61,719 bases of DNA, from the NCBI GenBank assembly GCA_027048495.1, contig JALTWS010000016.1, forward strand, positions 1 through 61,719, written 5' to 3'. Positions 17,924 to 27,762 of this stretch are shown piece by piece. A model generated the notes under the pieces. That model was not told where the DNA came from, searched no databases, and worked only from the letters and a program-made list of their open reading frames with translations. How positions within the stretch are numbered: the stretch's first letter is position 1; the number at the start of each line of letters is the position of its first letter. The stretch comes from Candidatus Azambacteria bacterium. Its GTDB lineage: Bacteria; Patescibacteriota; Minisyncoccia; GWC2-36-17; M10-OD1-4. Made by a program: the position numbers and the translations under genes.

Positions 17924-18506
17924 GATTATAAATTTTGTAAAATTGACCCACAAGTTTCAAAAAGTCCACAGAATGATACTTGTACCGGGAAAAACCAGAA
18001 GAGAAAACGATATGGAGCACAGCTATCAGCTTGCTATGCTTGCTTGGTATATAAAAGATGCTGGAAATTTAAATTTGGACACAGATTTGCTTATAAAATA
18101 CGCTTTGGTACACGACCTTGTTGAGGTTTATGCAGGAGACACTTATTTTTACACAAAAGACAAAGATCACGCAAGCTCTAAAGAAAAAAGAGAAAAAGAT
18201 GCGCAAAAAAAGCTAAAAAGAAATTTTCCGGAATTTAAGGAACTTCACAGCTTAATTGAAAAATATGAACAAAAAAACGACAAGGAAAGCAAATTTATAT
18301 ACGCGCTTGATAAAATAATTCCGATTTTAAATATTTATATAGACAAAGGACGTTCATGGAAAAAAGATAAAGTTACTTTTGATATGCTGGTTGAAAAAAA
18401 GACAAAAAAAGTAAAAGCTTCCAAAGAGGTTGAGGATATTTTTAAGCAAATTTTAAGCATTTTAAGAAAAAATAAAAAAGAGCTGTTTTATCAGCTATCT
18501 GACTAA
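17910..18506 (+). CDS. HD-domain phosphohydrolase (YfbR-like 5'-nucleotidase family)
   Basis: MEHSYQLA ... VHDLVEVYAGD. It overlaps the previous gene by 14 nt. Confidence 0.75.
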   Translation: MEINKIINFVKLTHKFQKVHRMILVPGKTRRENDMEHSYQLAMLAWYIKDAGNLNLDTDLLIKYALVHDLVEVYAGDTYFYTKDKDHASSKEKREKDAQKKLKRNFPEFKELHSLIEKYEQKNDKESKFIYALDKIIPILNIYIDKGRSWKKDKVTFDMLVEKKTKKVKASKEVEDIFKQILSILRKNKKELFYQLSD

Positions 18507-18550
18507 GTATGTCGCAAAAGATATATTGTGCGACATACTATATCTTTCTT
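18506..18550 (+). terminator. hairpin after the HD gene
   Basis: AGTATGTCGCA (18506-18516) pairs with TGCGACATACT (18529-18539), followed by T-rich sequence. Confidence 0.5.
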
Positions 18551-18693
18551 CCCTCTGGGTTTTTCTGCGCAAAAATAGCTTTTTGCAGAAAAATTAAAAG
18601 GTTGATTTTCAATTTTTATAGATAATTAAATTCAGAAAAACAATTAAAGATGATAAATAAAGATTTTGTTTTAAACAAACAGCAATTTTTTAT

Positions 18694-19182
18694 TTAAAAT
18701 TGAGTTTGTGCATAATGTTTGCAAATATATTTAAAATGCTTTTCTGATACTGGTTGAATTGAAAGCCTTGAGCCTTTTTTAAAAAGTTCCATGCCTTTTA
18801 GATTCTTGTCTTCTTTTAGTAAATTTAGAGGTATTATATTTTTGAATTTTTTTACAAAGCACACATCTGGCATAAACCATCTTGGATTATCAGGAGATGA
18901 TTTTTCATCATAATATTTGCTTTTTTTATCAAAAGCAAAATAGTCTGGATAAGCTTCTTTGCATATTTTTATAATCCCTGCTATTCCAGATGGATTTGCA
19001 TTTGAATGGTAAAAAAAACCAAGGTCTCCTTTTTTCATTGATTTTATAAAATTTCTGGCTTGATAATTTCTTACTCCTTCCCAGCATGCCTTTTTGTCTT
19101 TTTTCAGATCATCTATAGAATAAACTTCAGGTTCTGATTTTAATAGCCAGTAATTTATTTTTGACATTTTTTGCATTTGCAT
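18694..19182 (-). CDS. EVE (PUA-like) domain protein
   Basis: YWLLKSEPEVYSIDDL..WEGVRNYQARNF..GDLGFFYHS..GIAGI. The likely true start is ATG 19167 (MSKINYW). It overlaps the 3' end of the SET gene. Confidence 0.85.
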   Translation of the reverse strand: MQMQKMSKINYWLLKSEPEVYSIDDLKKDKKACWEGVRNYQARNFIKSMKKGDLGFFYHSNANPSGIAGIIKICKEAYPDYFAFDKKSKYYDEKSSPDNPRWFMPDVCFVKKFKNIIPLNLLKEDKNLKGMELFKKGSRLSIQPVSEKHFKYICKHYAQTQF

Positions 19183-19529
19183 CCTTTTGGTTTTATATAT
19201 TCATCAAAATATTCTTTTCCATAATCGTAAGTTATCTCCTCTCCTGCTTTTATGTTTTTTGTAGCATACAAAAGCACCCTTCCCTTTTTTATTATAACCT
19301 CTGCATTTGGACAGCAAGAATGATTTGCATATCTTGCTTTGTTGCTTCTTGGACTGCCGTCTATAACTTTTCTTGAATTTACTTCAAAAAGGTATCTTCC
19401 TCCTTTTTTATCTGCTTCTTTTTGGGTTAGTATTTTCCCCGTGTATTCTATTATGAACTCCCCTTTTTTGATTGGCTCTTTTGCAAAGAGTCCGAGCCCC
19501 GCGCTTGACCTTCTAACTGTTGTTTTCAT
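19155..19529 (-). CDS. SET-domain protein lysine methyltransferase
   Basis: GLGLFA, GEFIIEYTGKIL, RYANHSCCPNAE (NHSCxPN), EEITYDYG, and a post-SET-like CKCKKC. Confidence 0.88.
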   Translation of the reverse strand: MKTTVRRSSAGLGLFAKEPIKKGEFIIEYTGKILTQKEADKKGGRYLFEVNSRKVIDGSPRSNKARYANHSCCPNAEVIIKKGRVLLYATKNIKAGEEITYDYGKEYFDEYIKPKGCKCKKCQK

Positions 19530-19586
19530 TTATTTTTATATTTATTTCATATTTAATTGCAAAAGAGACTATTATAAACAAAAATT

Positions 19587-19991
19587 TTATTTAAAACAAG
19601 TTTTTGATCTTCTGTAGCCTGCCTTTTTTGCGTCTTGCTCTGTTTGAAAATAGATTTTATTTTCTTCTTTTATTCTGTTTTTACAGGATATTTTATAGTA
19701 AGTTTTTCCGTTTTTGCTTGCAACAAATAAAAATTGCTCTTTGGTGTTGTTTTTTAAAGCTTGTTGTTCTTTTGTTATGTTTTCTATTTTTGTGCTGTAA
19801 GCTGATATTGATGCTAAAATTTGCTCATTTTGCCCTATTTTTAAGCTTTTTTCTGAAAAAACAAGGTTTTGTCCATATATGTTTCCTAAGCCAAAAAACA
19901 AGGCTGAAATGACAAAAAACTTAAAAAACAAAACAAGCTTGTCTTTATTTTTTATTGCAAGATTTTTTAAGTTGTTTATTTCTTCTATCAT
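19587..19991 (-). CDS. membrane-anchored hypothetical protein with degenerate Ada-like C-terminal motif
   Basis: N-terminal TM segment. The C-terminal YYKISCKNRIKEENKIYFQTEQDAKKAGYRRSKTC resembles the YH..C....I...N..F.S..EA..AGY.PC..C module, but only 2 of the usual Cys/His ligands remain. Confidence 0.45.
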   Translation of the reverse strand: MIEEINNLKNLAIKNKDKLVLFFKFFVISALFFGLGNIYGQNLVFSEKSLKIGQNEQILASISAYSTKIENITKEQQALKNNTKEQFLFVASKNGKTYYKISCKNRIKEENKIYFQTEQDAKKAGYRRSKTCFK

Positions 19992-20099
19992 TTAAATTTT
20001 AGATTCTTAAAGGAGAAAAGATGTAAAATGTAAAATTTTATTTTTAGCTTTAAAATGGGTTTTGGCTTAATTTTTTTGGTAGAAAGTTAAATTTTAATG

Positions 20100-20127
20100 T
20101 TGACTTTTAGTTTCTAATTAGTATAAT
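20100..20127 (+). promoter_or_regulatory. sigma70-type promoter for rpmA (TTGACT-16 nt-TATAAT)
   Basis: TTGACT at 20100-20105 and TATAAT at 20122-20127, about 43 nt upstream of the ATG at 20170. Confidence 0.6.
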
Positions 20128-20169
20128 ACTAAAATATTATAATAAAAATTAACTTAAAACAACAAAAAA

Positions 20170-20454
20170 ATGTCAACAGCCAAATCTGCGGGATCAACCC
20201 GTCTGGGCAGGGATTCGGTAGCAAAACGACTTGGAGTAAAAATGTTTGACGGACAAAAAGCAAAACCAGGAAATATACTTATAAGACAAAGAGGAAGTAA
20301 ATTTATTGCTGGAAAAGGGGTAAAAAAAGGCGAAGATGACACTTTGTATAGCGCAGTTGAAGGAATTGTAAAATTTACCAGCAAAAATTTAAAGAGTTTT
20401 AACGGTAAAAGAAGAAAAGTGAAAGTTGTAAATGTAATTCCTGCCTCAAAATAA
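20170..20454 (+). CDS. rpmA: 50S ribosomal protein L27
   Basis: KSAGSTRLGRDSVAKRLGVK..GNILIRQRGSKF.AGKGV..GEDDTLYS..EGIVKF. Confidence 0.96.
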   Translation: MSTAKSAGSTRLGRDSVAKRLGVKMFDGQKAKPGNILIRQRGSKFIAGKGVKKGEDDTLYSAVEGIVKFTSKNLKSFNGKRRKVKVVNVIPASK

Positions 20455-20466
20455 TAAAAACAAAAA

Positions 20467-20500
20467 ACCTGCAACATAGTATACTGCAGGTTTTTTGTTT
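20467..20500 (+). terminator. bidirectional intrinsic terminator between rpmA and rplI
   Basis: ACCTGCA (20467-20473) pairs with TGCAGGT (20485-20491), followed by TTTTTGTTT. The A-run upstream provides a T-run for the minus strand. Confidence 0.75.
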
Positions 20501-20541
20501 GGCGTAAGTACTGGCGTAAGTACCGTAGTACTTACGTAATT

Positions 20542-20985
20542 TTATTCTTTTTCTATCACAACTGAAATTTCAGGTTCAAAACCAAATCCTAAGTTTATTT
20601 TTATTTTATGCTCTCCAAGAGTTTTTAGATTGTGTTCTAAAATTATGTTTTTTGTGTCTATTTCAAATCCTTTTTCTTTTAGCAGATCAGATATATTTTG
20701 GGAAGATACAGATCCAAAGGCCGTCTCCCCTTCTCCAAACTTTAACTTTGTTTTTATTTTAAATCCATTTAGTTTTTTAAATAGCTCTTCTGTTTTTTGT
20801 TTTTGTTCTTGTTGAATTTTTGCTTGCTTTTCTGCCTGTTTTTCTGCTTGTTTTATTGCGTTTTTGGTTGCTAAAACTGCAAGGTTGTTTCTAAAAAGAT
20901 AATTTCTTGCATATCCGTCAGAAACTTCTTTTATTTCCCCTTTTTTTGCTACATTTTTCACATCTTGCTTGAATATGACTTTCAT
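20542..20985 (-). CDS. rplI: 50S ribosomal protein L9
   Basis: [31 protein letters not shown] is a typical bL9 N-terminus. The protein is 147 aa. Confidence 0.95.
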   Translation of the reverse strand: MKVIFKQDVKNVAKKGEIKEVSDGYARNYLFRNNLAVLATKNAIKQAEKQAEKQAKIQQEQKQKTEELFKKLNGFKIKTKLKFGEGETAFGSVSSQNISDLLKEKGFEIDTKNIILEHNLKTLGEHKIKINLGFGFEPEISVVIEKE

Positions 20986-21002
20986 ATTTTTAGTTTTAAT
21001 TA

Positions 21003-22196
21003 TTATAAAGATTTTACCACTTCAATTGCTTTTTTAAGTTGTGGATCTTCTTTTGGATCTTCTGAATCATCAACCTCAATATCAGGCTCTATTCCATTAT
21101 CTTGAATTGACATTCCATCCGGAGTTAGCCATTTTGCTATAGTAACTTTCAAAAATGTGTCTTCTGTGATATCAACTACCTCCTGAACTGATCCTTTGCC
21201 AAAACTTTTTTTGCCAACTATTTTGATTTTGTCTTTACCTTTTGCCGCGCCAGCAACAATCTCAGATGCAGATGCAGATCCTTCGTTTATTAATATTACC
21301 AAAGGAACATCTTGTAAATATCCATAACCTTTTGACCTAAATTTCCTATCGCTTTTTTTACCTCCGAAACTTTCAATAGTTATTACCTCACCTTTTGGAA
21401 CCATCGTGCTTGCAATTTCTATGGCAGCATCTAAAAATCCTCCGGGATTATTTCTTAAATCAACAATAAACCTTTCTGCTCCTTGGTTTTTAAGCTCTTT
21501 TGCATACTTTTTAAATAAAGGAGAAGCATCTCCAGTAAAATTATATAATTTTATATAACCTATGTTTTGTTCTTTTATTTCATATTCTATGGTTGGTATT
21601 TGTATAGTATCTCTTACTATGGTTATATCTTTTAAATCTTCAAGCCCTTCTCTTAAAATAGTTAAGGTAACTTTCTCTCCTTTTGGGCCTCTAATTTTCA
21701 AAACTGCCTCTTCAAGGCTCATATCCACAGTGCTTTCTCCATCTACTTTTACAATAACATCCCCAGCTTTTATTCCAGCTTTTTGAGCTGGAGAGTCTTT
21801 AAGCGGAGATATTATTGTAAGAAGCCCTTTTCTGAAGCCAATTTCAGCTCCAATTCCACTGAAACTTCCGTCTATATCTTCTTTGAAGATTTTAGCAGAT
21901 TCTGGGGCAAAAAAGTTTGTATAAGGATCTCCAACAGCATTTACCATTCCGCTTATTGCTCCATATACCATATCTTGCCTATTTATATCTTTTCTGTCTA
22001 CATATTTTCTTTCTAGCTCTTTCCATGTGTCCCAAAATATTTGAAAATCTACATTTTCAATTTGTGTTTCTTTGTTTAACACTCCAGAGATTTTTTTCTC
22101 CGAAGGCATATCTTCGTATCCATTGTAATATCCAAAAGAATATGACAAATATATCACAAAAACTAATAATGCGAATTTTGTTATTTTTTTAAACAT
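21003..22196 (-). CDS. ctpA: carboxy-terminal processing protease (S41) with PDZ domain
   Basis: PDZ domain ([32 protein letters not shown]), catalytic GSASASEI and [11 protein letters not shown]. Confidence 0.9.
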   Translation of the reverse strand: MFKKITKFALLVFVIYLSYSFGYYNGYEDMPSEKKISGVLNKETQIENVDFQIFWDTWKELERKYVDRKDINRQDMVYGAISGMVNAVGDPYTNFFAPESAKIFKEDIDGSFSGIGAEIGFRKGLLTIISPLKDSPAQKAGIKAGDVIVKVDGESTVDMSLEEAVLKIRGPKGEKVTLTILREGLEDLKDITIVRDTIQIPTIEYEIKEQNIGYIKLYNFTGDASPLFKKYAKELKNQGAERFIVDLRNNPGGFLDAAIEIASTMVPKGEVITIESFGGKKSDRKFRSKGYGYLQDVPLVILINEGSASASEIVAGAAKGKDKIKIVGKKSFGKGSVQEVVDITEDTFLKVTIAKWLTPDGMSIQDNGIEPDIEVDDSEDPKEDPQLKKAIEVVKSL

Positions 22197-23001
22197 AATG
22201 TTTTGTTTTTATGCCATGCTTTTTAAAGTATTTGTAGGCGCTTTTTATATGCTCCTTTGTCATTTTGTTAAAAACAGCATCAATTATACCAAATTTTTTT
22301 GATGCTTGTCTATGGTAGTGGTGCATTTTGGCTTTTGGAAAATAAATTACCTCAAAGCCATTTTCCCAAAATCTTTTTGCCCAGTCAACATCTTCAAAGT
22401 ACATAAAAAATCTTTCGTCCATTCCGCCAACTTTGTCCGCTGCTTTTTTTGAAACCAGAAGCGAAGACCCCATAAGCCAGTCAACCTTTTGCGGTTGGTC
22501 TGATGCCAATATATTTTTATCTTTTAAAAGAAACTTATCAAGATGTTTTTTCCCGTATCCAAACCTGCCCAGAAAAGTTCTTCTTAGCGGTATGGTAACC
22601 GGAGAATAAAACCGAAATGCAGATTGTTGAGTTGATCCGTTAAAATTTAGAAGTCTTGGACCAATCATTCCTGCTTTGTTTTGGCTTTTAATATAGGCAA
22701 GCATTTTATCTACCGCATCTTTTTCTGCTATGATATCAGGATTTAATATTAACAAATATTTTCCGCTTGATTTTTTTATTCCTTCATTTACTGCTTTTGA
22801 GTATCCTAAATTTTTTTTATACTCAAAAAAAGCCACTTTAGGAAAATTTTCCAAGATTTCGTCTTTTGTTTCTCCGTCGCTTTCTGAATCTATTACTATT
22901 ATTTCATATTTACAGCTTTTTATAGTTTTTAGAAGAGATCTTATGCAAAGTTTTAAAATTTCTTTGCTTTTGTAGTTTACTATTATTATTGACAGTTCCA
23001 T
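22189..23001 (-). CDS. family 2 glycosyltransferase
   Basis: LSIIIVNYKS, IVIDSESD and LILNPD (GT-A fold, DxD-type). It overlaps the downstream gene by 8 nt. Confidence 0.85.
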   Translation of the reverse strand: MELSIIIVNYKSKEILKLCIRSLLKTIKSCKYEIIVIDSESDGETKDEILENFPKVAFFEYKKNLGYSKAVNEGIKKSSGKYLLILNPDIIAEKDAVDKMLAYIKSQNKAGMIGPRLLNFNGSTQQSAFRFYSPVTIPLRRTFLGRFGYGKKHLDKFLLKDKNILASDQPQKVDWLMGSSLLVSKKAADKVGGMDERFFMYFEDVDWAKRFWENGFEVIYFPKAKMHHYHRQASKKFGIIDAVFNKMTKEHIKSAYKYFKKHGIKTKHYV

Positions 23002-23004
23002 ATT

Positions 23005-23991
23005 TTAATCAAATATGCCTCTTATTTCTTTTTTTATTTCTGAAAAGTTATCTAATCCTGCTTTTGGATATAAAACATACATTCCATCTACAATGCCAGC
23101 TTGCAAAAGCCCGTCTTTGCTTGTATCAAGAACTTTTCGTATTAAGTCTTTTTCGTTCATATATTTTGCGTATTTTAACAGTTTCAGTCCGGTTTTAAAA
23201 TCTATATTTGTTTTTACATTATCCCCTATCGCATTAAAAATATTGTTTAATTTTACAGGATTTGTTAATACGCCAGCGCTTGTGAGCTTTTCTTTGAGTG
23301 CCAATATTACTTCTTGTTGTCTTCTTGCTCTGTCAAAATCATCGGTTGAGAATCTAGATCTTACATAATAAAGCGCTGTTTCTCCATCAAGAGTGTTTTT
23401 CCCTGCAGGAAGTCTAAACTCCCATCCCCATTGCGAAGTTTCAACAAATTCTTCTTGAAGATAAATATCTACTCCGCCAACAGCATTTATTAAGTCTTCA
23501 AATGCTTGAAAATTTACAACAACTGCATAATCTATGTTTACTCCTGTTATATTTTCTACAACTTGCTTGCTTAAATTTATTCCACCAATGCCTTTATTTT
23601 CTCCAAAAGCATAAGCGTAATTTATCTTTTCTCTCAGTCCTGCATGCTTGGGTATTTTAGCGTAAAGGTCTCTTGGGAGAGATATTAAAGCTATTTTATT
23701 TTTGTCTGTTTTTATGCTTATAAGCATAATTGCATCAGCAAGGGTTCCTCCGTAATTTTCATTATCGTCTCCTCTTATTCCAAGAAGCAGTATATCAATT
23801 CTATTTTTTTCGTTATAGTTTTCGTTTTCTTTTTTATCCCAAAATTTATCATCAGTTACCAAAGAAAAAGTATTGCCCGCTTTCAAAAATAAAAACAAAA
23901 AGAATATTAAAACAAAAATGACACTAAAAAATCCAAGCCGCTTCAGAAACGGCTTTTTTTGTTTTTTTATATTTTTTGTATGGTTTATCAT
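23005..23991 (-). CDS. LytR-CpsA-Psr (LCP) family glycopolymer ligase
   Basis: N-terminal TM segment, with ILLLGIRGDD, TLADAIMLISI, ISLPRDLY and NYAYAFG. Confidence 0.88.
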   Translation of the reverse strand: MINHTKNIKKQKKPFLKRLGFFSVIFVLIFFLFLFLKAGNTFSLVTDDKFWDKKENENYNEKNRIDILLLGIRGDDNENYGGTLADAIMLISIKTDKNKIALISLPRDLYAKIPKHAGLREKINYAYAFGENKGIGGINLSKQVVENITGVNIDYAVVVNFQAFEDLINAVGGVDIYLQEEFVETSQWGWEFRLPAGKNTLDGETALYYVRSRFSTDDFDRARRQQEVILALKEKLTSAGVLTNPVKLNNIFNAIGDNVKTNIDFKTGLKLLKYAKYMNEKDLIRKVLDTSKDGLLQAGIVDGMYVLYPKAGLDNFSEIKKEIRGIFD

Positions 23992-24017
23992 AAAAAACTA
24001 CAAATAATGAAAATTGA

Positions 24018-25022
24018 CTACAAAAACCATTTTTCCATCTCTTCCCTGCTTTTTTTGGCTTTTTTCATTATGTATTTTCTTTTTTTTGCCATTTTTGGTA
24101 TTTTAGCAATTATTTTTGGATAAGCCAACAGCGAATATTGTTCAAAAAGCAGGAAATATAAAAAAAGCTGCAGTTCTCTTTTTGCAAAAGGAAAAAAGCT
24201 TTTTAGTAAAGATACCAAATAATCATTTTTTATCAAGGTGAGTCGGTAGTTTAAAATATCAAGCATTTTTTTATCTTTTCTGATATTTTTCCTCATTTTT
24301 ATAAAATCTTTTTTTGAAGAAGAGAGCCTGTTTGTTGTTTGTCTTTCATGCCATGCTAAAATCTCAGGATCATAAAAATTTTTCCAGCCAAAAAGGTTCA
24401 TTCTCCAGCCCAAGTCAATGTCATCTGACATCCACATAAAATCTTCATCATGAACTTCGCCAAAAACAGCGCAATCAAAAAACGCTTCTTTTCTCCAGAT
24501 AGGAACTGCTCCCTCATAAGAGAATATTTCTTCTGGCTTGTCATATTGGCCGTTGTCTTTTTCTCCGTGCCCTCTGTTTATTAGTCTTCTTGATTTGTAT
24601 ATTTGAAATCCAGTTGTGTCTATTATGTTGGTTTTTTTTCCGTTTTTGTCCAAATGAAGGATTTTTGCTTGGAGCGCTCCTATTTTTGGATCTTGTTCCA
24701 TTCTTCTGACAAGATTTTCTACAAAATTATTTGCAATAACAACATCAGCAGAAACAGAAACTATGTATTTTCCTTTTGTCATTTTTGCCGCTTTGTTGTT
24801 TGCCGGACCAACAAAAAGATTTTCTTTTGATTCAAAAATCCTTGCTTTTGGAAAATACTTTTTTACTATTTTTACAGTGCTGTCAGAAGAGTTATTGTCA
24901 AAAACTAAAACCTCTATATTTTTGTAAGTTTGGGAAAAAACAGCATCAAGCGCCCTTTTTATTCTTTTTTCTTCATTATAGACAGGAATATGTATGGAAA
25001 CTAAAGGAGTATTATTTTGCAT
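24018..25022 (-). CDS. family 2 glycosyltransferase
   Basis: VSIHIPVYNEE, VLVFDNNSSD and SADV, with a C-terminal amphipathic tail. Confidence 0.85.
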   Translation of the reverse strand: MQNNTPLVSIHIPVYNEEKRIKRALDAVFSQTYKNIEVLVFDNNSSDSTVKIVKKYFPKARIFESKENLFVGPANNKAAKMTKGKYIVSVSADVVIANNFVENLVRRMEQDPKIGALQAKILHLDKNGKKTNIIDTTGFQIYKSRRLINRGHGEKDNGQYDKPEEIFSYEGAVPIWRKEAFFDCAVFGEVHDEDFMWMSDDIDLGWRMNLFGWKNFYDPEILAWHERQTTNRLSSSKKDFIKMRKNIRKDKKMLDILNYRLTLIKNDYLVSLLKSFFPFAKRELQLFLYFLLFEQYSLLAYPKIIAKIPKMAKKRKYIMKKAKKSREEMEKWFL

Positions 25023-26589
25023 ATTCTTTTTGAGAATTTAAGGCAAACAAAGTTCCAAGTAAAATCATAAGCATCAAAAATGCTCTTTCGTCTGTTATTG
25101 CAACATCTGTCATTGTGTAACCCATCATCCAAATTATTATTAGGATTACGCCCAATGAAAATATGCCAAATAAGTTTTCTTTGTTTTGTAAAAATATACT
25201 CCAAGAGCGTTTGATAATTTGATAAAGCATTGCCAAAAATACCAAAAGTCCAAAAATACCAATTTCTGCTGCAATATTAAGATAAATATTGTGCGCTGAT
25301 GCTCCCGCTTTTGAAGCTGTTATATTTTCTTTTAGCACAACCGGAAAATTATTTATTCCAACTCCCAAAAGCGGTTTTTCTGCTATTGATTTTATGCTTT
25401 CTTTCCAAATATATATTCTTCCTTTATTTGATACTTCTTGAGTGTCAACAATTGATTTGAACCTTTCTGTGAATATCTTTTTGTTTTCTTCTTCTTTTAT
25501 TTTAATTTTAAACTGGTCTGATGCAAATACAAAAGCAGACAAAGGAAGCAAAATAACAAACAAAAGTATTGGCAAAGATATTATTTTAAAATTATTTCTG
25601 TCAACTAAATTTTTAATTTTCCAAAACAACAAAAGCAAAATCGGAAAAATAGCGCTTGCCCATATTCCCCTTGTTCCAGAAAGTATCACCGCAAACATCA
25701 AAAATGCAAAAAAAGCAAGATACAAAAGATAACCCTTTTTATTATTTTCCAATTTAGATTTTTTTATCAAAACAAGCAAAAATACAGATCCCATCAGAAG
25801 ATAAAGCGGAAAAGAATGAGTGTCTGGAAATGTAGAAAACATTCTTAACTTTATAGCATCGTTATAATAAGCAAACCATGTATTTGCTCCTATTGCTATA
25901 TTTGCCCATTCTTTTCCATACAAGGTCTGGTCAACTTTTAATGCCCAAAATTCTGTAAAATCATTTATTGAAACAAAATATGTCATGCCAAGCTGCAAAA
26001 ATCCAACAAAAACAATCAAGGCAACAGACAAAAGAACATTTTTTGCTATTTTTTCTATTCCTATTTTTCCTGCAAGCGAACGGACAACAAAAAAGAGCAT
26101 TGCTAAATTTGCAAAATATATTATCCTTTTTATTCCGTAAGTAAGATTTTCTGCCACAAACAAAGACAAAAAAGAGATAAAAAATATTAAAAAGGTTAAA
26201 AATTCAATCTTCCAATTTTGGTATGCAAATTTAACAGCTCCCCATAAAGACTCCTTTGCTTTTTTTATAATCTTAAATAAAGCGTCCAAAAACAAAAAGA
26301 ATTTAGAGTCAAAAAACCATTTTAAAAACAAAATCAAAACCAATATTCTCCAAGTATTCAAAGAATCAAAGTTTTCTGTTATTGGCAAAGCAACAAAAAT
26401 TGGTATTGATCTTGCTATCAAAAGCACAGAATCCTCTTTTTTTGCAAACAACACAAAAAACACCAAAACAACAGCCAATCCCAAAACCGCTTCTCTTGGA
26501 ATAACTCCAAAAACAGCAAAAGCTACAATTAATATTTCCACAAAAAACACGAGGTTTAAGCTCGTGATGTATTTTTTGATCTTTTCCAT
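25012..26589 (-). CDS. O-antigen ligase/polymerase-like (Wzy_C) integral membrane protein
   Basis: 525 aa with at least 10 TM segments and a loop with SGTRGIWASA, typical of O-antigen ligase-like proteins. It overlaps the downstream GT2 gene by 11 nt. Confidence 0.65.
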   Translation of the reverse strand: MEKIKKYITSLNLVFFVEILIVAFAVFGVIPREAVLGLAVVLVFFVLFAKKEDSVLLIARSIPIFVALPITENFDSLNTWRILVLILFLKWFFDSKFFLFLDALFKIIKKAKESLWGAVKFAYQNWKIEFLTFLIFFISFLSLFVAENLTYGIKRIIYFANLAMLFFVVRSLAGKIGIEKIAKNVLLSVALIVFVGFLQLGMTYFVSINDFTEFWALKVDQTLYGKEWANIAIGANTWFAYYNDAIKLRMFSTFPDTHSFPLYLLMGSVFLLVLIKKSKLENNKKGYLLYLAFFAFLMFAVILSGTRGIWASAIFPILLLLFWKIKNLVDRNNFKIISLPILLFVILLPLSAFVFASDQFKIKIKEEENKKIFTERFKSIVDTQEVSNKGRIYIWKESIKSIAEKPLLGVGINNFPVVLKENITASKAGASAHNIYLNIAAEIGIFGLLVFLAMLYQIIKRSWSIFLQNKENLFGIFSLGVILIIIWMMGYTMTDVAITDERAFLMLMILLGTLFALNSQKEYAK

Positions 26590-26598
26590 TTTTATATA

Positions 26599-27762
26599 CT
26601 AAGCTATTTTATCAAATACTTCAAGAATTGTTTTTGTGTGTTTTTCCCAGTTAAATTTTTCCAATATTTTGTTTGTGTTGTTTATTATTTTTTCTTTTTT
26701 TTGTTTGTTTGTTAAAGCTTCTTTTATTTTCTTTGAAAATTCATCTATATTTTTGGTATTTTTTACAAAAAATGCATTATCTTTAAATATTTCATGGGTT
26801 AGTTCATTGTCTGCTACAAGTGAAGGCGCTTTGCATTTTAAAGCTTCCACAGGAGGAAGCCCTAAAGCTTCTTTGTCAGAAACATAAATTAAAAGCTTGG
26901 TAAAATTAAAAAGATAAACCATATCTTTCCTGTCCATATACTCTCCTCGTATTATTGCTTCTCTGCCAAGTTTCTTGTTTATTTTTGCTGAAAGTTTATC
27001 CAACACAGGGGGGTTATTTTTGTCTATACAAGGAACAAAATATTGCAATTCAGGAAAATCTTTGGCTGTTTTTGCAAAAGCTTCCATGGCCTCTTTTACC
27101 CTTCTTCTTTCAAATGCCTGCCCCACTGACATTATATAGTCTTTTTTTATTCTTAATTTTTCTTTTATTTTTTTTATTTTCTCCAAATTTTTTTGGTTTT
27201 TTTCAAGTTCATAAAATTCATTGGAAAGTCCCCAATAATTTACAAATATTTTTTCATCCGGTAAGTTATAAAATTTTATTAGTTCTTTTTTGGAAAACTC
27301 AGATATTGTCATTATTTTTTTTGCGCGCAAAGCCGCCCATTTGCAAAAAAGTCTGTATGAGAGCTTGTATCTGAAAGGAAGATTTCCGTGATGAGCCTCC
27401 CACCAAACATCGTTTGTTAAAACAACGATCGCTTTTTTTGTTGGCGGAAAAAAAGCAGGAAGCATATAAGAAGGAAAGAAAAAAAGATCTAGTTTGTCTT
27501 TTAAATGATAATATGGCAAAAGTATATGGTAGTAAATATTGAAGCTTTCAGGCAAAATACCGTTGTTTATTATTTTTTTTTCAAAAACAGGATGATTCAA
27601 AAAATTGTCTTTTGGTATCTGGCTTTTAAAATACAAAACAAATTTATATTTTTTTTCAATCCCGGGTATTTTACTAAGCGCTTCTAAAAATTGAACATTC
27701 ATATGTCCTACCCCAAACCTTTCTCCTTCTAAATTTTCACATTCAATTCCTATTTTTTTCAT
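26599..27762 (-). CDS. family 4 (GT-B) glycosyltransferase
   Basis: 387 aa with C-terminal SDKEALGLPPVEALKC, an E-x7-E-like motif. Confidence 0.8.
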   Translation of the reverse strand: MKKIGIECENLEGERFGVGHMNVQFLEALSKIPGIEKKYKFVLYFKSQIPKDNFLNHPVFEKKIINNGILPESFNIYYHILLPYYHLKDKLDLFFFPSYMLPAFFPPTKKAIVVLTNDVWWEAHHGNLPFRYKLSYRLFCKWAALRAKKIMTISEFSKKELIKFYNLPDEKIFVNYWGLSNEFYELEKNQKNLEKIKKIKEKLRIKKDYIMSVGQAFERRRVKEAMEAFAKTAKDFPELQYFVPCIDKNNPPVLDKLSAKINKKLGREAIIRGEYMDRKDMVYLFNFTKLLIYVSDKEALGLPPVEALKCKAPSLVADNELTHEIFKDNAFFVKNTKNIDEFSKKIKEALTNKQKKEKIINNTNKILEKFNWEKHTKTILEVFDKIA

